From assembly GCA_002269645.1 (NCBI GenBank), contig NIVC01000956.1:1-64000 (forward strand): a stretch of 64,000 nucleotides of DNA, in the 5' to 3' direction. The position numbers and the translations under genes were made by a program. This DNA is from Macrostomum lignano (taxonomy: Eukaryota). This document shows positions 1-40,839 of this stretch, in pieces. Within the stretch, counting starts at the first letter, position 1; each line of letters begins with the position of its first letter. Under the pieces are notes generated by a model. The model was given only the letters and a program-made list of their open reading frames with translations, did not search any database and was not told the DNA's origin.

Positions 1-1032
<1,032 letters not shown>

Positions 1033-1039
1033 ATCATAC

Positions 1040-29312
<28,273 letters not shown>

Positions 29313-29334
29313 TTTATGCTTTCTTAGAAATTAG

Positions 29335-29839
29335 ATTGTGTTGAGCGTCGATTTCTTTGAAATTCAATTGTGCTGAGCGTCGATTTCTTGGAAATTCAAT
29401 GATGCTGAGCGTCGATTTCTTGGAAATTCAATGATGCTGAGCGTCGATTTCTTGGAAATTCAATGATGCTGAGCGTTGATTTCTTAGAAATTCAATTATG
29501 CTGAGCGTTGATTTCTTAGAAATTTAATGGTGCTGAGCGTCGATTTCTTAGAAATTCAATTATGCTGAGCGTCGATTTCTTAAAAATTCAAATTGCTGAG
29601 CGTCGATTTCTTAGAAATTCAATTATGCTGAGCGTCGATTTCTTTGAACTTCAATGGTGCTGAGCGTTGATTTCTTAGAAATTTAATGGTGCTGAGCGTC
29701 GATTTCTTTGAAATTCAATGGTGCTGAGTGTTGATTTCTTAGAAATTTAATGGTGCTGAGCGTCGATTTCTTTGAAATTCAATGGTGCTGTGTGTTGATT
29801 TCTTAGAAATTTAATGGTGCTGAGCGTCGATTTCTTAGA
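29335..29839 (+). repeat. 32-bp minisatellite (tgctgagcgtcgatttcttagaaattcaatga), about 16 copies
   Basis: Direct inspection; begins about 20 bp upstream of the putative ADGB ATG. Confidence 0.97.
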
Positions 29840-30519
29840 ATCCTACTGTCTGTTGCTTTCCTGGAATGCAGTACTTGGAAGTCCTTTGCAAGATACGGAA
29901 GGAAGACGACAAGACCTGTCGCTTTCTTAGAAAGGAGTTTTTAGAAAATCCAATAAAAGTTTTCACTTTGCAGAATCTTGTTTTTAAAGATGTTGTCCGC
30001 TTTCTTCGAACAATCAAAACTCCGAGGCCTTTTAAATGCAGATTTGAACATCTACTGGAAGTCTTGTTGCTTTCGTTGAAAGAAGAATTGAATAAGCAGT
30101 TCTCTGCCAGCTTTACACACTTGGCAGCTTTGTTAAGGTGGGTCGGTTTTGTTTAAATTTAAGCCAAGACTACTCGTCTAACCCTCCCCCCTACTGTCCC
30201 GAAGTTTTCCTGAGTATCTCGAACGAACTCCACAAGCAGTCTCCCACTCTCGCTCCTTTTCTCATTCTCTTCTAGAAGCAATTGCCCCGCTTCAAAACCG
30301 TTGTACGCCAATAAAGGTATTCCAAAATGTCAAGTTTACACTGAGCAGTAAAGCGTATTGATCTTGGAGATGAGGGTGGGTCAGTGACTGGGTGCTGCTA
30401 CCGGGTGGCTAACAGGAGGGGGGGCAGATTAAACAAACAATGAGGCCTTGAGCCGTCCATCAGCGATGCCCTCACGTTAAAAACGTTTTGTTACCATTGA
30501 CAACGGTCTCTAAAACATT

Positions 30520-30910
30520 GAGAGTCAGAGGGTTTTAGCGTCTGTCCAGGGACTGCTAGACAGAGAGAAACCTGGATTGGGAAATCTCATGAGCAATTGC
30601 TTGTCATTTCGTGTCAATTTTGGCTAGAAAATGTTAAATCTCTAAAGAGATCGCTTCAACCTTTTCAAATAAGAATCAAGTTGCCTGCCTTCCGGACCGT
30701 CGAGATATTCGACGATTCTGCCAGAAGGTGGGATTTTTTCCATAAAGCGCATCAGCTCTGACTCGTTGATCACTGGCCTTCACCCAGGCGGAGCTTCTGG
30801 ACCTTCAACGGGTGGCACCAGGTGACTATGGAAACCCTGTTGCGAACTTCTCGAGTCTCACTGATCTCAAAACTCAACTGCCGGACATCCTCAGCTAGTC
30901 TCTCAAGCAT
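30520..30910 (-). pseudogene. Degenerate coding-like fragment, possibly DUF4806/transposon accessory type
   Basis: Broken frames read MLERLAEDVRQLSFEISETREVR and PVINESELMRFMEKI..EYLDGPEGRQLDSYLKR; resemblance is from memory only. Confidence 0.22.
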
Positions 30911-31338
30911 TCCGTCATTCCCCTGATGCCGTCGGCACCTTCAACAGATGGCACCAGGTGACTATGGACAGCATTAGTAACAGATGATCAAAGTCTTCTA
31001 CAAGCCTTTTTTCTTTATCATATCAAACTTGATTCACTCTTTCAAATTTCTGTCATAAAAAACAGTGTAACAGCTACTCACTCTGAAGCGTTTCCATGGT
31101 GACTGCCGATTTTTAACTCCATTCTTGACCAGTCACGAAACAATGGTTTGGGATTTCCAGAAGCAGCTGGGAGCGCAGCTTAATATACTCGCAAATGTAA
31201 GGTTCAGAGCAAAGGGCGGCAAACATGAGGAGTCTGAGGCTAACCCCTGCAGCTGGGTTGGCAAACACGGAACACGGCAAACTCAGTGGGGAAGCTGAGG
31301 AAGTTTGGCTTTCTACTGCCAGGCGTTGGCATGGAAAC
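30822..31338. promoter_or_regulatory. Cluster of RFX X-box-like palindromes upstream of ADGB
   Basis: GTGACTATGGAAAC (30822), GTTTCCATGGTGAC (31090), GTTGGCATGGAAAC (31325). Confidence 0.4.
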
Positions 31339-31819
31339 GACAAAAATTTGAGTCCTACGATAGTAAATTTATGTGCATATGATGCAGCAAAGTTGAGTAA
31401 TACGGGGGGTCAAAAGTCGGGATTGGGGAATCAAAATCCGGGATAGGGGGGGTCAAAAGTCGGGATAGAGGGGTCAAAAGTCGAAATAGGGGGTCAAAAG
31501 TCGAAATACGGGGGGTCAAAAGTCGGGATAGGGGGCCTAAATTCGAAACGAGAGGTCAGAATTGAATGAAGCGGTCAAAGGTCAGGAACGCAATACTCCT
31601 ATTATAATACTAGTTTTAAACCTCACCCCTCCTGCGGCGGTGCACCCAGATTTTCGTGAATCTCCGACTTCCCCGACGCGTCGGGAGACGCCAGCAGGTG
31701 GTGCCGCGGCTGCAGAGCAATGGACCGCCTGCTGAGCTGACTGGCGCTGCCTCCGCATCCGAACTCACTGCGCCTCCGGCCTTCCAACCGGTGACTGGTG
31801 GCTGTACTGAAGCGCCTCA

Positions 31820-32610
31820 TTGCTTCAGGTTCTACTGAGTCGCTTCAGGCTCAATTGATTCACTTCAGGTTCTTTCAGGTCGGTTCAGGTTTATTGGGTC
31901 GCTTCAGTTCTACTGAGCCGCTTCAGGTTTTATTGGTTCACTTCAGGTTCTTTCAGGTCGCTTCAGATTTTATTGGGTAGCTTCAGGTTCTACTGAGTCG
32001 CTTCAGGTTCTATTGAGTCGCTTCAGGTTCTATTGAGTCGCTTCAGGTTCTATTGAGTCGCTTCAGGTTCTACTGCGTCGCTTCAGGTTCTATTGAGTCG
32101 CTTCAGGTTCTTTCAAGTCGCTTCAGGTTCTTTCAAGTCGCTTCAGGTTATATTGAGTCGCTTCAGGTTCTACTGAGTCGCTTCAGGTTATATTGAGTCG
32201 CTTCAGGTTCCACTGAGTCGCTTCAGGTTCTATTGAGTCGCTTCAGATTCTACTGAGTCGCTTCAGGTTCTATTGAGTCGCTCCAGGTTCTACTGAGTCG
32301 CTTTAGGTTCTACTGAGTCGCTTCAGGTTCAATTGAGTCGCTTCAGGTTCTACTGAGTCGCTTCAGATTTTATTGAGTCGCTTCAGGTTCTATTGAGTCG
32401 CTTCAGGTTCTTTTAAGTCGCTTTAGGTTATATTGAGTCGCTTCAGGTTCTACTGAGTCACTTCAGGTTCTACTGAGTCGCTTTAGGTTCTACTGAGTCG
32501 CTTCAGGTTATATTGAGTCGCTTCAGGTTCTACTGAGTCGCTTCAGATTTTATTGAGTCGCTTAAGTTTCTTTTGAGTCGCTTCAGGTTCAATTGAGTCG
32601 CTTCAGTTTA
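31820..32610 (+). repeat. 20-bp minisatellite (gagtcgcttcaggttctatt)
   Basis: Direct inspection. Confidence 0.96.
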
Positions 32611-33653
32611 TAATATGACACTTCAGATTCACTTGAATCGCTCGAGATTCAGGTGGCGAACCGAGGCCTCAGCTTCCTCCAATCCCTTTGTTGCCTCAGA
32701 TGCAGCCGGAGTCAGAGGCGAGTTGTATTTAGCAAGCCGCTCTCACAAACGTGGCTAATCACGGTTGCCATGACAGCCTCACGGCCTGAGGCATCTCCGG
32801 AAATTAACGGGAGAGCAAAAACTTAAAGCCAAGCCCAAATGAATTGCACAGGGAATTTTTCCACTTTTTTTGCTGTTTCCGGCATGTCTATTCAGCTCAC
32901 AATGGGATTCTTATCCCCCCACCTGTTTACCCACCGCCGTACAGCAGCCCGCGGCCAGTGGGTGGAGATTGACATTCTGACAGCTGCAAATTAATTTGAA
33001 GCGGATAAAATGACCGTCAATTTGTTGCGCCCTGGGTCATTGGTTTTGGGATTTCAAGCAATAGCAAAAGGGGATAATTTTGGCTTTGATAGTGCTATAG
33101 CTGTGCACATACATTGCCTAATCATGTTACTACTTAGAAACAGTAGCAGGTTGAAAATAAATTAATGACTGCATTTAATTTCTTGCTGTCTTCCCTCGAC
33201 TTCGCTCCCTCTCCCCTCTCTCCCTCTCTCTATTTCCTCTTTCTCCTTCTCGCCACTCTCCCCTTTGTCCCTCTTCCCTCTCTCCCTCTCGTCCTTTCTC
33301 TCTCTCCCTCTCTCGCTCTCTCCCTCTTCTCTCTCTCCCTCTTTCCTCTTATCCCCTTTCTCAGTCTTTCTATTCTCCCCCAGAACGCATCATTATAAGA
33401 GTAGTCCCACAATTCCACTTGCTTACTTCAGTTGTCTAGAGCTCCATATACGCACGGACCAATCAATTAATTATCTCTCGCTCACCGCGGGGCCCCAAAC
33501 TATTGCTACACAAAGCTCGCTTCGCAGCAAATAGCTTCTTTGTTCACAGAAAACTCTTTGTAGGCCTTATTGGAGTCTCATCAGGTGCGCCCACTCCAGC
33601 TTGCTATAAAATCGGACTCTTCCTAATCCAATTAGGCGCAGTGCAGCTTCAGC

Positions 33654-33926
33654 ATGACCGAAGCGGCCGGTAACACCAGCTCGCCGGCTAGTTGCCAACG
33701 CAACTTTGAGCTCGAAGCGGCTGCCGCTGCTCAGGCCTGGCTGCTAGGCGTCACGGTCTTGGCCGCGGCGGTGACTGCGGGCGACGCGATCGGGAAGGTC
33801 TGGCGACGTTGGCGGAGGCGACGGCGAGGCGGCAACGATGAGGCTACTCAGCAGCACCCGGTTGCTATGGGCAGCAGTGTGCTCACCCTGGCTAGCGGAG
33901 ACGCCGGTCCGACTGAAGCGAACTGA
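33654..33926 (+). CDS. Candidate 90-aa single-pass membrane micro-protein
   Basis: GC-rich island between AT-richer arrays; NTS sequon, hydrophobic AWLLGVTVLAAAVTAG, then RRWRRRRR; TATAAAA at 33605. Confidence 0.35.
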   Translation: MTEAAGNTSSPASCQRNFELEAAAAAQAWLLGVTVLAAAVTAGDAIGKVWRRWRRRRRGGNDEATQQHPVAMGSSVLTLASGDAGPTEAN

Positions 33927-34019
33927 ACAGCCTGTGGCGGACATTGACTGTGTAAAAGTCCACCTTGCCATTAACGTCTCTGTAAATTAAAATAAAACTA
34001 ATTGAGAGTTGGCTTCAGA

Positions 34020-34925
34020 ATCTAAATCTGTCGCTTCAGGTTCGAAATCTGTCGCTTCAGGTTCGAAATGTGTCGCTTCAGGTTCGAAATGAGTCGCTTC
34101 AGATTCGAAATGAGTCGCTTCAGGTTTGAATTGTGTCGCTTCAGGTTCGAATTATGTTGCTTTAGGTTCGAATTGTGCCGCTTCAGATTCGAATTCTGTT
34201 GCTTCAGGTTCGAATTGTGTCGCTTCAGATTTTAAATGTGTCGCTTCAGATTCGAAATGAGTCGCTTCTGGTTCTAAATCTGTCGCTTCAGATTTTAATT
34301 GTGTTGCTTCAGGTTCTAAATCTGTCGCTTAAGGTTCGAATTGTGTCGCTTCAGATTCGAAATGTGTCACTTCAGATTCGAAATGAGTCGCTTAAGGTTC
34401 AAAATTTGTCACTTCAGCTTTTATTCTATAGCTTCAGGTTCCATTTTATAGCCTCAGGTTCTATTTTATAGCTTCAGTTTCTATTTTATAGCTTCAGTTT
34501 CTATTTTATAGCTTCAGGTTCTATTTTATAGCTTTAGGTTCTGTTTTATAGATTCAGGTTCTATTTTATAGCTTCAGGTTCTATTTTATAGCTTCAGGTT
34601 CTATTTTATAGCTTCAGGTTCTATTTTATAGCTTCAGGTTCTATTTTATAGCTTCAGGTTCTATTTTATAGCTTCAGGTTCTATTTTATAGCTTCAGGTT
34701 CTATTTTATAGCTTCAGGTTCTATTTTATAGCTTCAGGTTCTATTTTATAGCTTCAGGTTCTATTTTATAGCTTCAGGTTCTATTTTATAGCTTCAGGTT
34801 CTATTTTATAGCTTCAGGTTCTATTTTATAGCTTCAGGTTCTATTTTATAGATTCAGGTTCTATTTTATAGCTTCAGGTTCTATTTTATAGCTTCAGGTT
34901 CTATTTTATAGCTTCATGTTCTATT
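34020..34925 (+). repeat. Compound array: 21-bp (gtcgcttcaggttcgaaatgt) grading into 20-bp (atagcttcaggttctatttt)
   Basis: Direct inspection. Confidence 0.96.
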
Positions 34926-35734
34926 ATGCTACTTCAGGTTAAAAAACGTGTCATGCTGTATTTACTCTAAACTTTTCTACTTCAAGTAGTGCGTAGCAGG
35001 CTTTTCCTGTTTACCGTCAGCTTGACTCGAAGTCTTCCCACCCGTTTTCTGCTCCTGCAAGAGGGCCTCTCTCTCTCTATCTACCCTCATAACACCCCCC
35101 TCTCTCTCGGGTCCAGCAGCTGTCTGTCTCTGTAAAGTCTTTTGAATTATTTATTGATTTTGTTTAGACACAGTCCTTTGGCTACTGCATGTGTATGCCT
35201 GTGTACACTATATAGGTAGCATATAATAGCTATCCTCTGTTGATCCCCAGGGGTTCGCCGCAGTGGAGAGAGAGGGTGAAAGAGGAAAAATAAAGGAACC
35301 CCCCAGTCTCTTCTGCTTGCGCATTGATCTGAGCTTGAAATTTTTAACTTAGCTCCTGAGCTTCCAAGTGGGAATTAAATTTCGCTCTAAGTGCAGGGTC
35401 ACGGAATTATTTTTCTACCATTCGAAATAAATGATCCCCGACTGACTGTCTGTGTGTCCTCAGCATATTTCAGCTTCATTCGATCCGGATTTACTGCTAC
35501 GAGAGAGGGCTGGCCGGGTCCATTATCTAAATTGGTGCAAAACTGCTGACTGGGTGACTGACTGACTGAACTCAGAAGCCGGAAGGACCAGACTCTGGTG
35601 GATGGCTTGAATTTATAGCTGAAAGCTGGATTTGGAAGACAGAGGGGAAAGCGGCTGGTAGGAGCTTGTGGAGTTGGAGTTGGGTAGATGGCAAACTCAA
35701 AATGAGAGATCAGAAACACGAAATGGAGAGTGAA

Positions 35735-36450
35735 GCGAGAGGAAAGGAGAGGGAGAGAAGAAGAGGGATAGAGGGAGAGGGAGGGGAGAGAAAGAGAGAA
35801 AGAGAGGGAGAGACGGAGAGGGAGAGAAGGAGACGGGGAGAAGTAGAGGGAGAGAATGAGATAGATAGGGAAAATTGTGCAGCGTGGAGAGATGAGGGAA
35901 GCTGGAGAGAGAGGAGAGAGGGAAAGGTAGAGAAGGAGAAGGAGAGAGAGAGAGAAGGAGAGGGAGGGAAGGAGAGGGAGAGGAGAGGGAGAGAAGGAGA
36001 GAGAGAAGGAGAGGGAGGGAAGGAGAGAAGGAGAGAGAGAAGGAGAGGGAGAGGAGAGGGAGAGGAGAGGGAGAGAAGGAGAGGGAGGGAAGGAGAGAAG
36101 GAGAGAGAGAAGGAGAGGGAGAGGAGAGGGAGAGGAGAGGGAGAGAAGGAGAGAGAGAAGGAGAGGGAGGGAAGGAGAGAAGGAGAGGGAGGGAAGGAGA
36201 GAAGGAGAGAGAGAGAGAGGAGGAGAGAGAGAAGGAGAGGGAGAGGAGAGAGAGAGAGGAGAGGGAGAGAAGGAGAGAGAGAAGGAGAGGGAGAGAAGGA
36301 GAGGGAGAGAAGGAGAGGGAGAGAAGGAGAGAAGGAGAGGGAGAGAAGGAGAGAAGGAGAGGGAGGGAAGAGAGAGAGAGAAGGAGAGGGAGAGGAGAGG
36401 GAGAGGAGAGGGGGAGGAGGGGGGAGGAGGAGAGGAAGAGAGAGAAGGAA
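35735..36450 (+). repeat. GA-rich polypurine tract
   Basis: Direct inspection. Confidence 0.95.
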
Positions 36451-37065
36451 ATAGATAGGGAGAAACGTGCAGCATGGAGAGATGAAGGAAGCTGGAGAGA
36501 GAGGCGGGCATGGCAGTGACGCAGATGATGCGGGTATCTCGCCAAAACAACACCACCACCAGCTGCATTTGCTAGCCGAGGCCAAACACACACACGGTTA
36601 GATTGAGATGCTCATCCCCCCTTCTCTGTCCAAATGACTTTCTCTCTGCAGTTGAGCTCTCGCCTCAGCCATTGCCGACACCGAACGGCACAGCTGCTGT
36701 TGGTTCAGCAGTTTCAGTGCTGCCGCTGAGGCACAGCTGATGCAGCTTCAATTACATTTGGATGGCTGGGTAGGGTGATGTGGGAGCTGAGGCTGAGCTG
36801 AGGCAGAAAATGGAAAATGCATTCTGCCGCCTCTAATCAGCTCGATGTTGGTTTTAGCGACATGGGGAGAAGAAGGGAGGATAAATACAGAGAGCGGCAA
36901 AGAGATGATAGGGAATAGGTGTTGGACTGATTTGGCTGAATTTCCTTTAGAAGGCTGGGAGTTGGCACTGACACGGTTCTCGGGTGATGATACGGTTCGC
37001 ATAAATATTTGATGAGTTGGTGCATTGTACAGATTAGTCATTTACTCCGTTTCTAAATCAATTTT

Positions 37066-38160
37066 TTGGCTAGATTAGCAATCCATTCTATTCCTGCATC
37101 CATGTATTGGCTAGATTAGCAATCCATTCTATTCCTGCATCCGTGTATTGGCTAGATTAGCAATCCATTCTATTCCTGCATCCGTGTATTGGCTAGATTA
37201 GCAATCCATTCTATTCACGCATCCATGCATTGGCTAGATTAGCAATCCATTCTATTCCTGCATCCATGTATTGGCTAGATTAGCAATCCATTCTATTCCT
37301 GCATCCATGTATTGGCTAGATTAGCAATCCATTCTATTCCTGCATCCGTGTATTGGCTAGATTAGCAATCCATTCTATTCCTGCATCCGTGTATTGGCTA
37401 GATTAGCAATCCATTCTATTCATGCATCCATGCATTGGCTAGATTAGCAATCCATTCTATTCCTGCATCCATGTATTGGCTAGATTAGCAATCCATTCTA
37501 TTCCTGCATCCATGTATTGGCTAGATTAGCAATCCATTCTATTCCTGCATCCATGTATTGGCTAGATTAGCAATCCATTCTATTCCTGCATCCATGTATT
37601 GGCTAGATTAGCAATCCATTCTATTCCTGCACCCGTGCATTGGCTAGATTAGCAATCCATTCTATTCCTGCATCCATGCATTGGTTAGATTAGCAATCCA
37701 TTCTATTCCTGCATCCATGCATAGGCTAGATTAGCAATCCATTCTATTCCTGCATCCATGTATTTGCTAGATTAGCAATCCATTCTATTCCTGCATCCGT
37801 GTATTGGCTAGATTAGCAATCGATTCTATTCCTGCATCCGTGTATTGGCTAGATTAGCAATCCATTCTATTCCTGCATCCGTGTATTGACTAGATTAGCA
37901 ATCCATTCTATTCCTGCATCCGTGTATTGGCTAGATTAGCAATCCATTCTATTCCTGCATCCGTGTATTGGCTAGATTAGCAATCCATTCTATTCCTGCA
38001 TCCGTGTATTGGCTAGATTAGCAATCCATTCTATTCCTGCATCCGTGTATTGGCTAGATTAGCAATCCATTCTATTCCTGCATCCGTGTATTGGCTAGAT
38101 TAGCAATCCATTCTATTCCTGCATCCGTGTATTGGCTAGATTAGCAATCCATTCTATTCC
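37066..38160 (+). repeat. 41-bp minisatellite, about 27 copies (attggctagattagcaatccattctattcctgcatccgtgt)
   Basis: Direct inspection; reverse complement of 50695-53408. Confidence 0.99.
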
Positions 38161-38984
38161 TTTCAACCATAAGCACTAACCAGCTCTAAAGAATACGCAA
38201 GCAGAAAGCAGCAATCGCTAAATTAGTTAACTTTCGAACTGAAGAAGTGACCGCGTGTTCCTGGCCCTCTCAACTCACTCGAGCTGCTATCATTCTGTCC
38301 CGGATCAATGCTACCCCCGGCCACCTAGCAGCGGTCGAGCTTTAGCGATCTGATCGAACAGAAAATTCAATTTTCTCTGCTCTGTGTCGGCAGTTCGGGA
38401 CGACGCTAAAAGTTTGCATCGCGTCGCCTCGGGGGTCTCGGGTTTTGTTACACAGGGCTCAACTTTCCTTCTTGTGGGAGAAGTTATTGAATTTCCCAAA
38501 AAAACTAATATAAGCAGTCGGGGGCCGACTACTGATGATTGAATACCTTTCACACAGCTGCTAACTGACTGACTGGATGCAGTGCGGAGTCTCACTGCTT
38601 CTCTCCCGTCCTCAGTTAGTTGTGATCCTTGTTTATACATTTTCCCATCTCTCATAATTGCCTAAGGGTGGCAATCCTGAGCAGAGACTTGCCTCAATCA
38701 GCATGGGAAGCAATTAAGCATGCATACCTGACCTCTGAGCTCAGGTGTTCACTCACATAGTGTCAGTTCTGGCTCTCTCTCATCACTGAAGACTATTATT
38801 AATGTGGCGGAATCGAACCTGGGTCTTGATTACCCCACTCCTCCTTGGAGCATGAACTAGGAGCACACAAAAATGAGCAAATTCTTTGCGTTCACAAAGT
38901 TTGTCAAGAAAAAGTTTTGAAACAAAAGTATTATAGAAGAACAGCAACGCTCGAACTTGGTTCAAATGTGGCAAGTGACCAGTG

Positions 38985-40070
38985 ACAATTTGACAAGTGA
39001 CCAGTGACAATTTGACAAGTGACCAGTGACAGTTTGACAAGAGACCCCAGTGACAATTTGACAAGTGATCAGTGACAATTTGACAAGGAACCCCAGTGAC
39101 AATTTGACAAGTGATCAGTGAAAATTTGACAAGTAACCCCAGTGACAATTTGACAAGTGATCAGTGAAAATTTGACAAGTAACCAGTGACAATTTTACAA
39201 GTGACCAGTGACAATTTGACAAGGAACCCCAGAGACAATTTTACAAGTGACCAGTGACAATTTGACAAGTGACCAGTGACAATTTGACAAGTGATCAGTG
39301 ACAATTTGACAAGTAACCAGTGACAATTTTACAAGTGACCAGTGACAATTTGACAAGGAACCCCAGTGACAATTTGACAAGTGATCAGTGACAATTTGAC
39401 AAGTAACCAGTGACAATTTGACAAGGAACCCCAGTGACAATTTGACAAGTGATCAGTGACAATTTGACAAGTAACCAGTGACAATTTGACAAGTAACCAG
39501 TGACAATTTGACAAGTGACCCCAGTGACAATTTGACAAGTGACCAGTGACAATTTGACAAGTGACCAGTGACAATTTGACAAGTGATCAGTGACAATTTG
39601 ACAAGTGACCAGTGACAATTTGACAAGTGATCAGTGACAATTTGACAAGTAACCAGTGACAATTTGACAAGTGACCCCAGTGACAATTTGACAAGTGACC
39701 CCAGTGACAATTTGACAAGGGACCAGTGACAATTTGACAAGTGACCCCAGAGACAATTTTACAAGTGACCAGTGACAATTTGACAAGTGACCAGTGACAA
39801 TTTTACAAGTGACCAGTGACAATTTGACAAGTGACCAGGGACAATTTGACAAGTGACCCCAGTGACAATTTGACAAGTGATCAGTGACGATTTGACAAGT
39901 GACCCCAGTGACAATTTGACAAGTGATCAGTGACAATTTGACAAGTGACCCAAGTGACAATTTGACAAGGGACCAGTGACAATTTGACAAGTGATCAGTG
40001 ACAATTTGACAAGGGACCAGTGACAATTTGACAAGTGACCAGTGACAATTTGACAAGTGATCAGTGACAA
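38985..40070 (+). repeat. 22/24-bp minisatellite (gtgaccagtgacaatttgacaa)
   Basis: Direct inspection. Confidence 0.97.
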
Positions 40071-40240
40071 TATTTCGGTTTTATGTGATTGAGCAACCAC
40101 TTGTCAAGCCGAGAAAGAGGACAACCATTGCAGCCTTATCGATGGCCATATTTGGCGACCACTTCCTCCTCTCATCATATTCTTCAACCATAGGTAAGGC
40201 CACACACAGGTGGTCTGGCGCGGCTCTCTGATGTGCCGTC

Positions 40241-40392
40241 ACATTAATTTGGCACTAAATTGGAATCTCGGCTTGGCTCTGCTCGTGCAATTAACGGCCT
40301 TGAGGGCCAACCCCCAAGGCACAGTGAAGTGTACATGCCTATCGATAATATAAAGTTAGGACCGCTGTACACTCCTGTGTGAGTGTGTGCCA
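40241..40392 (+). mobile_element. Interspersed ~140-bp repeat, copy 2
   Basis: Same orientation as the copy at 25470, with a few substitutions and indels. Confidence 0.55.
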
Positions 40393-40839
40393 CGAGTCGT
40401 TATTTTACGATTAGGTAATTTACGCGTCAGTAAAAATCCTAAGTGACTTTATAGAGTTTTCAAAGACGCACAGCAAGAGGAAGTACACACGGCAGACACT
40501 GTGTAATTCTGCTGGGAATCAGATAGCTTGCCACACTGCCAGACTAAACCTGCAGCCAATGAATTGTATAAACAGAACATCTTGAAGGACGTTTTGACTT
40601 AAAGAAATTTTAGCAAGATTGATGGACAAGCAGAGGCTCTCTTTTCTCTGGGAACTGACGCCAAGGACTGGGAAAAACAAAATTAGACCAGTCTTTCTGT
40701 GTTCTTTGTTTCTGCTTTTAACGTCACAAGTGCAGATAAAGCGGGCCCCAGTTGCATTGAGCAACTCTCTCTTGCCTCCCAAACTTTTCTATGTTCGTCT
40801 TTTTCTGACATCACTCACCCCTCATTCCCACACACTCTC

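Noticed and set aside
29866-30156. 96-aa plus-strand ORF divergent from ADGB
   Set aside because: TTG/weak start, AT-rich, no motif; partly derived from degenerate copies of the adjacent 32-bp repeat.
37066-38160. CRISPR-like regular repeats (also 50695-53408, 61020-63098)
   Set aside because: Head-to-tail units with no unique spacers, no cas genes, and a eukaryotic intron-containing context.
38805-38850. tRNA-like B-box GGTTCGATTCC on the minus strand (weaker ones near 18120 and 18240)
   Set aside because: I could not build a cloverleaf; at most a degenerate SINE head. Would need tRNAscan-SE.
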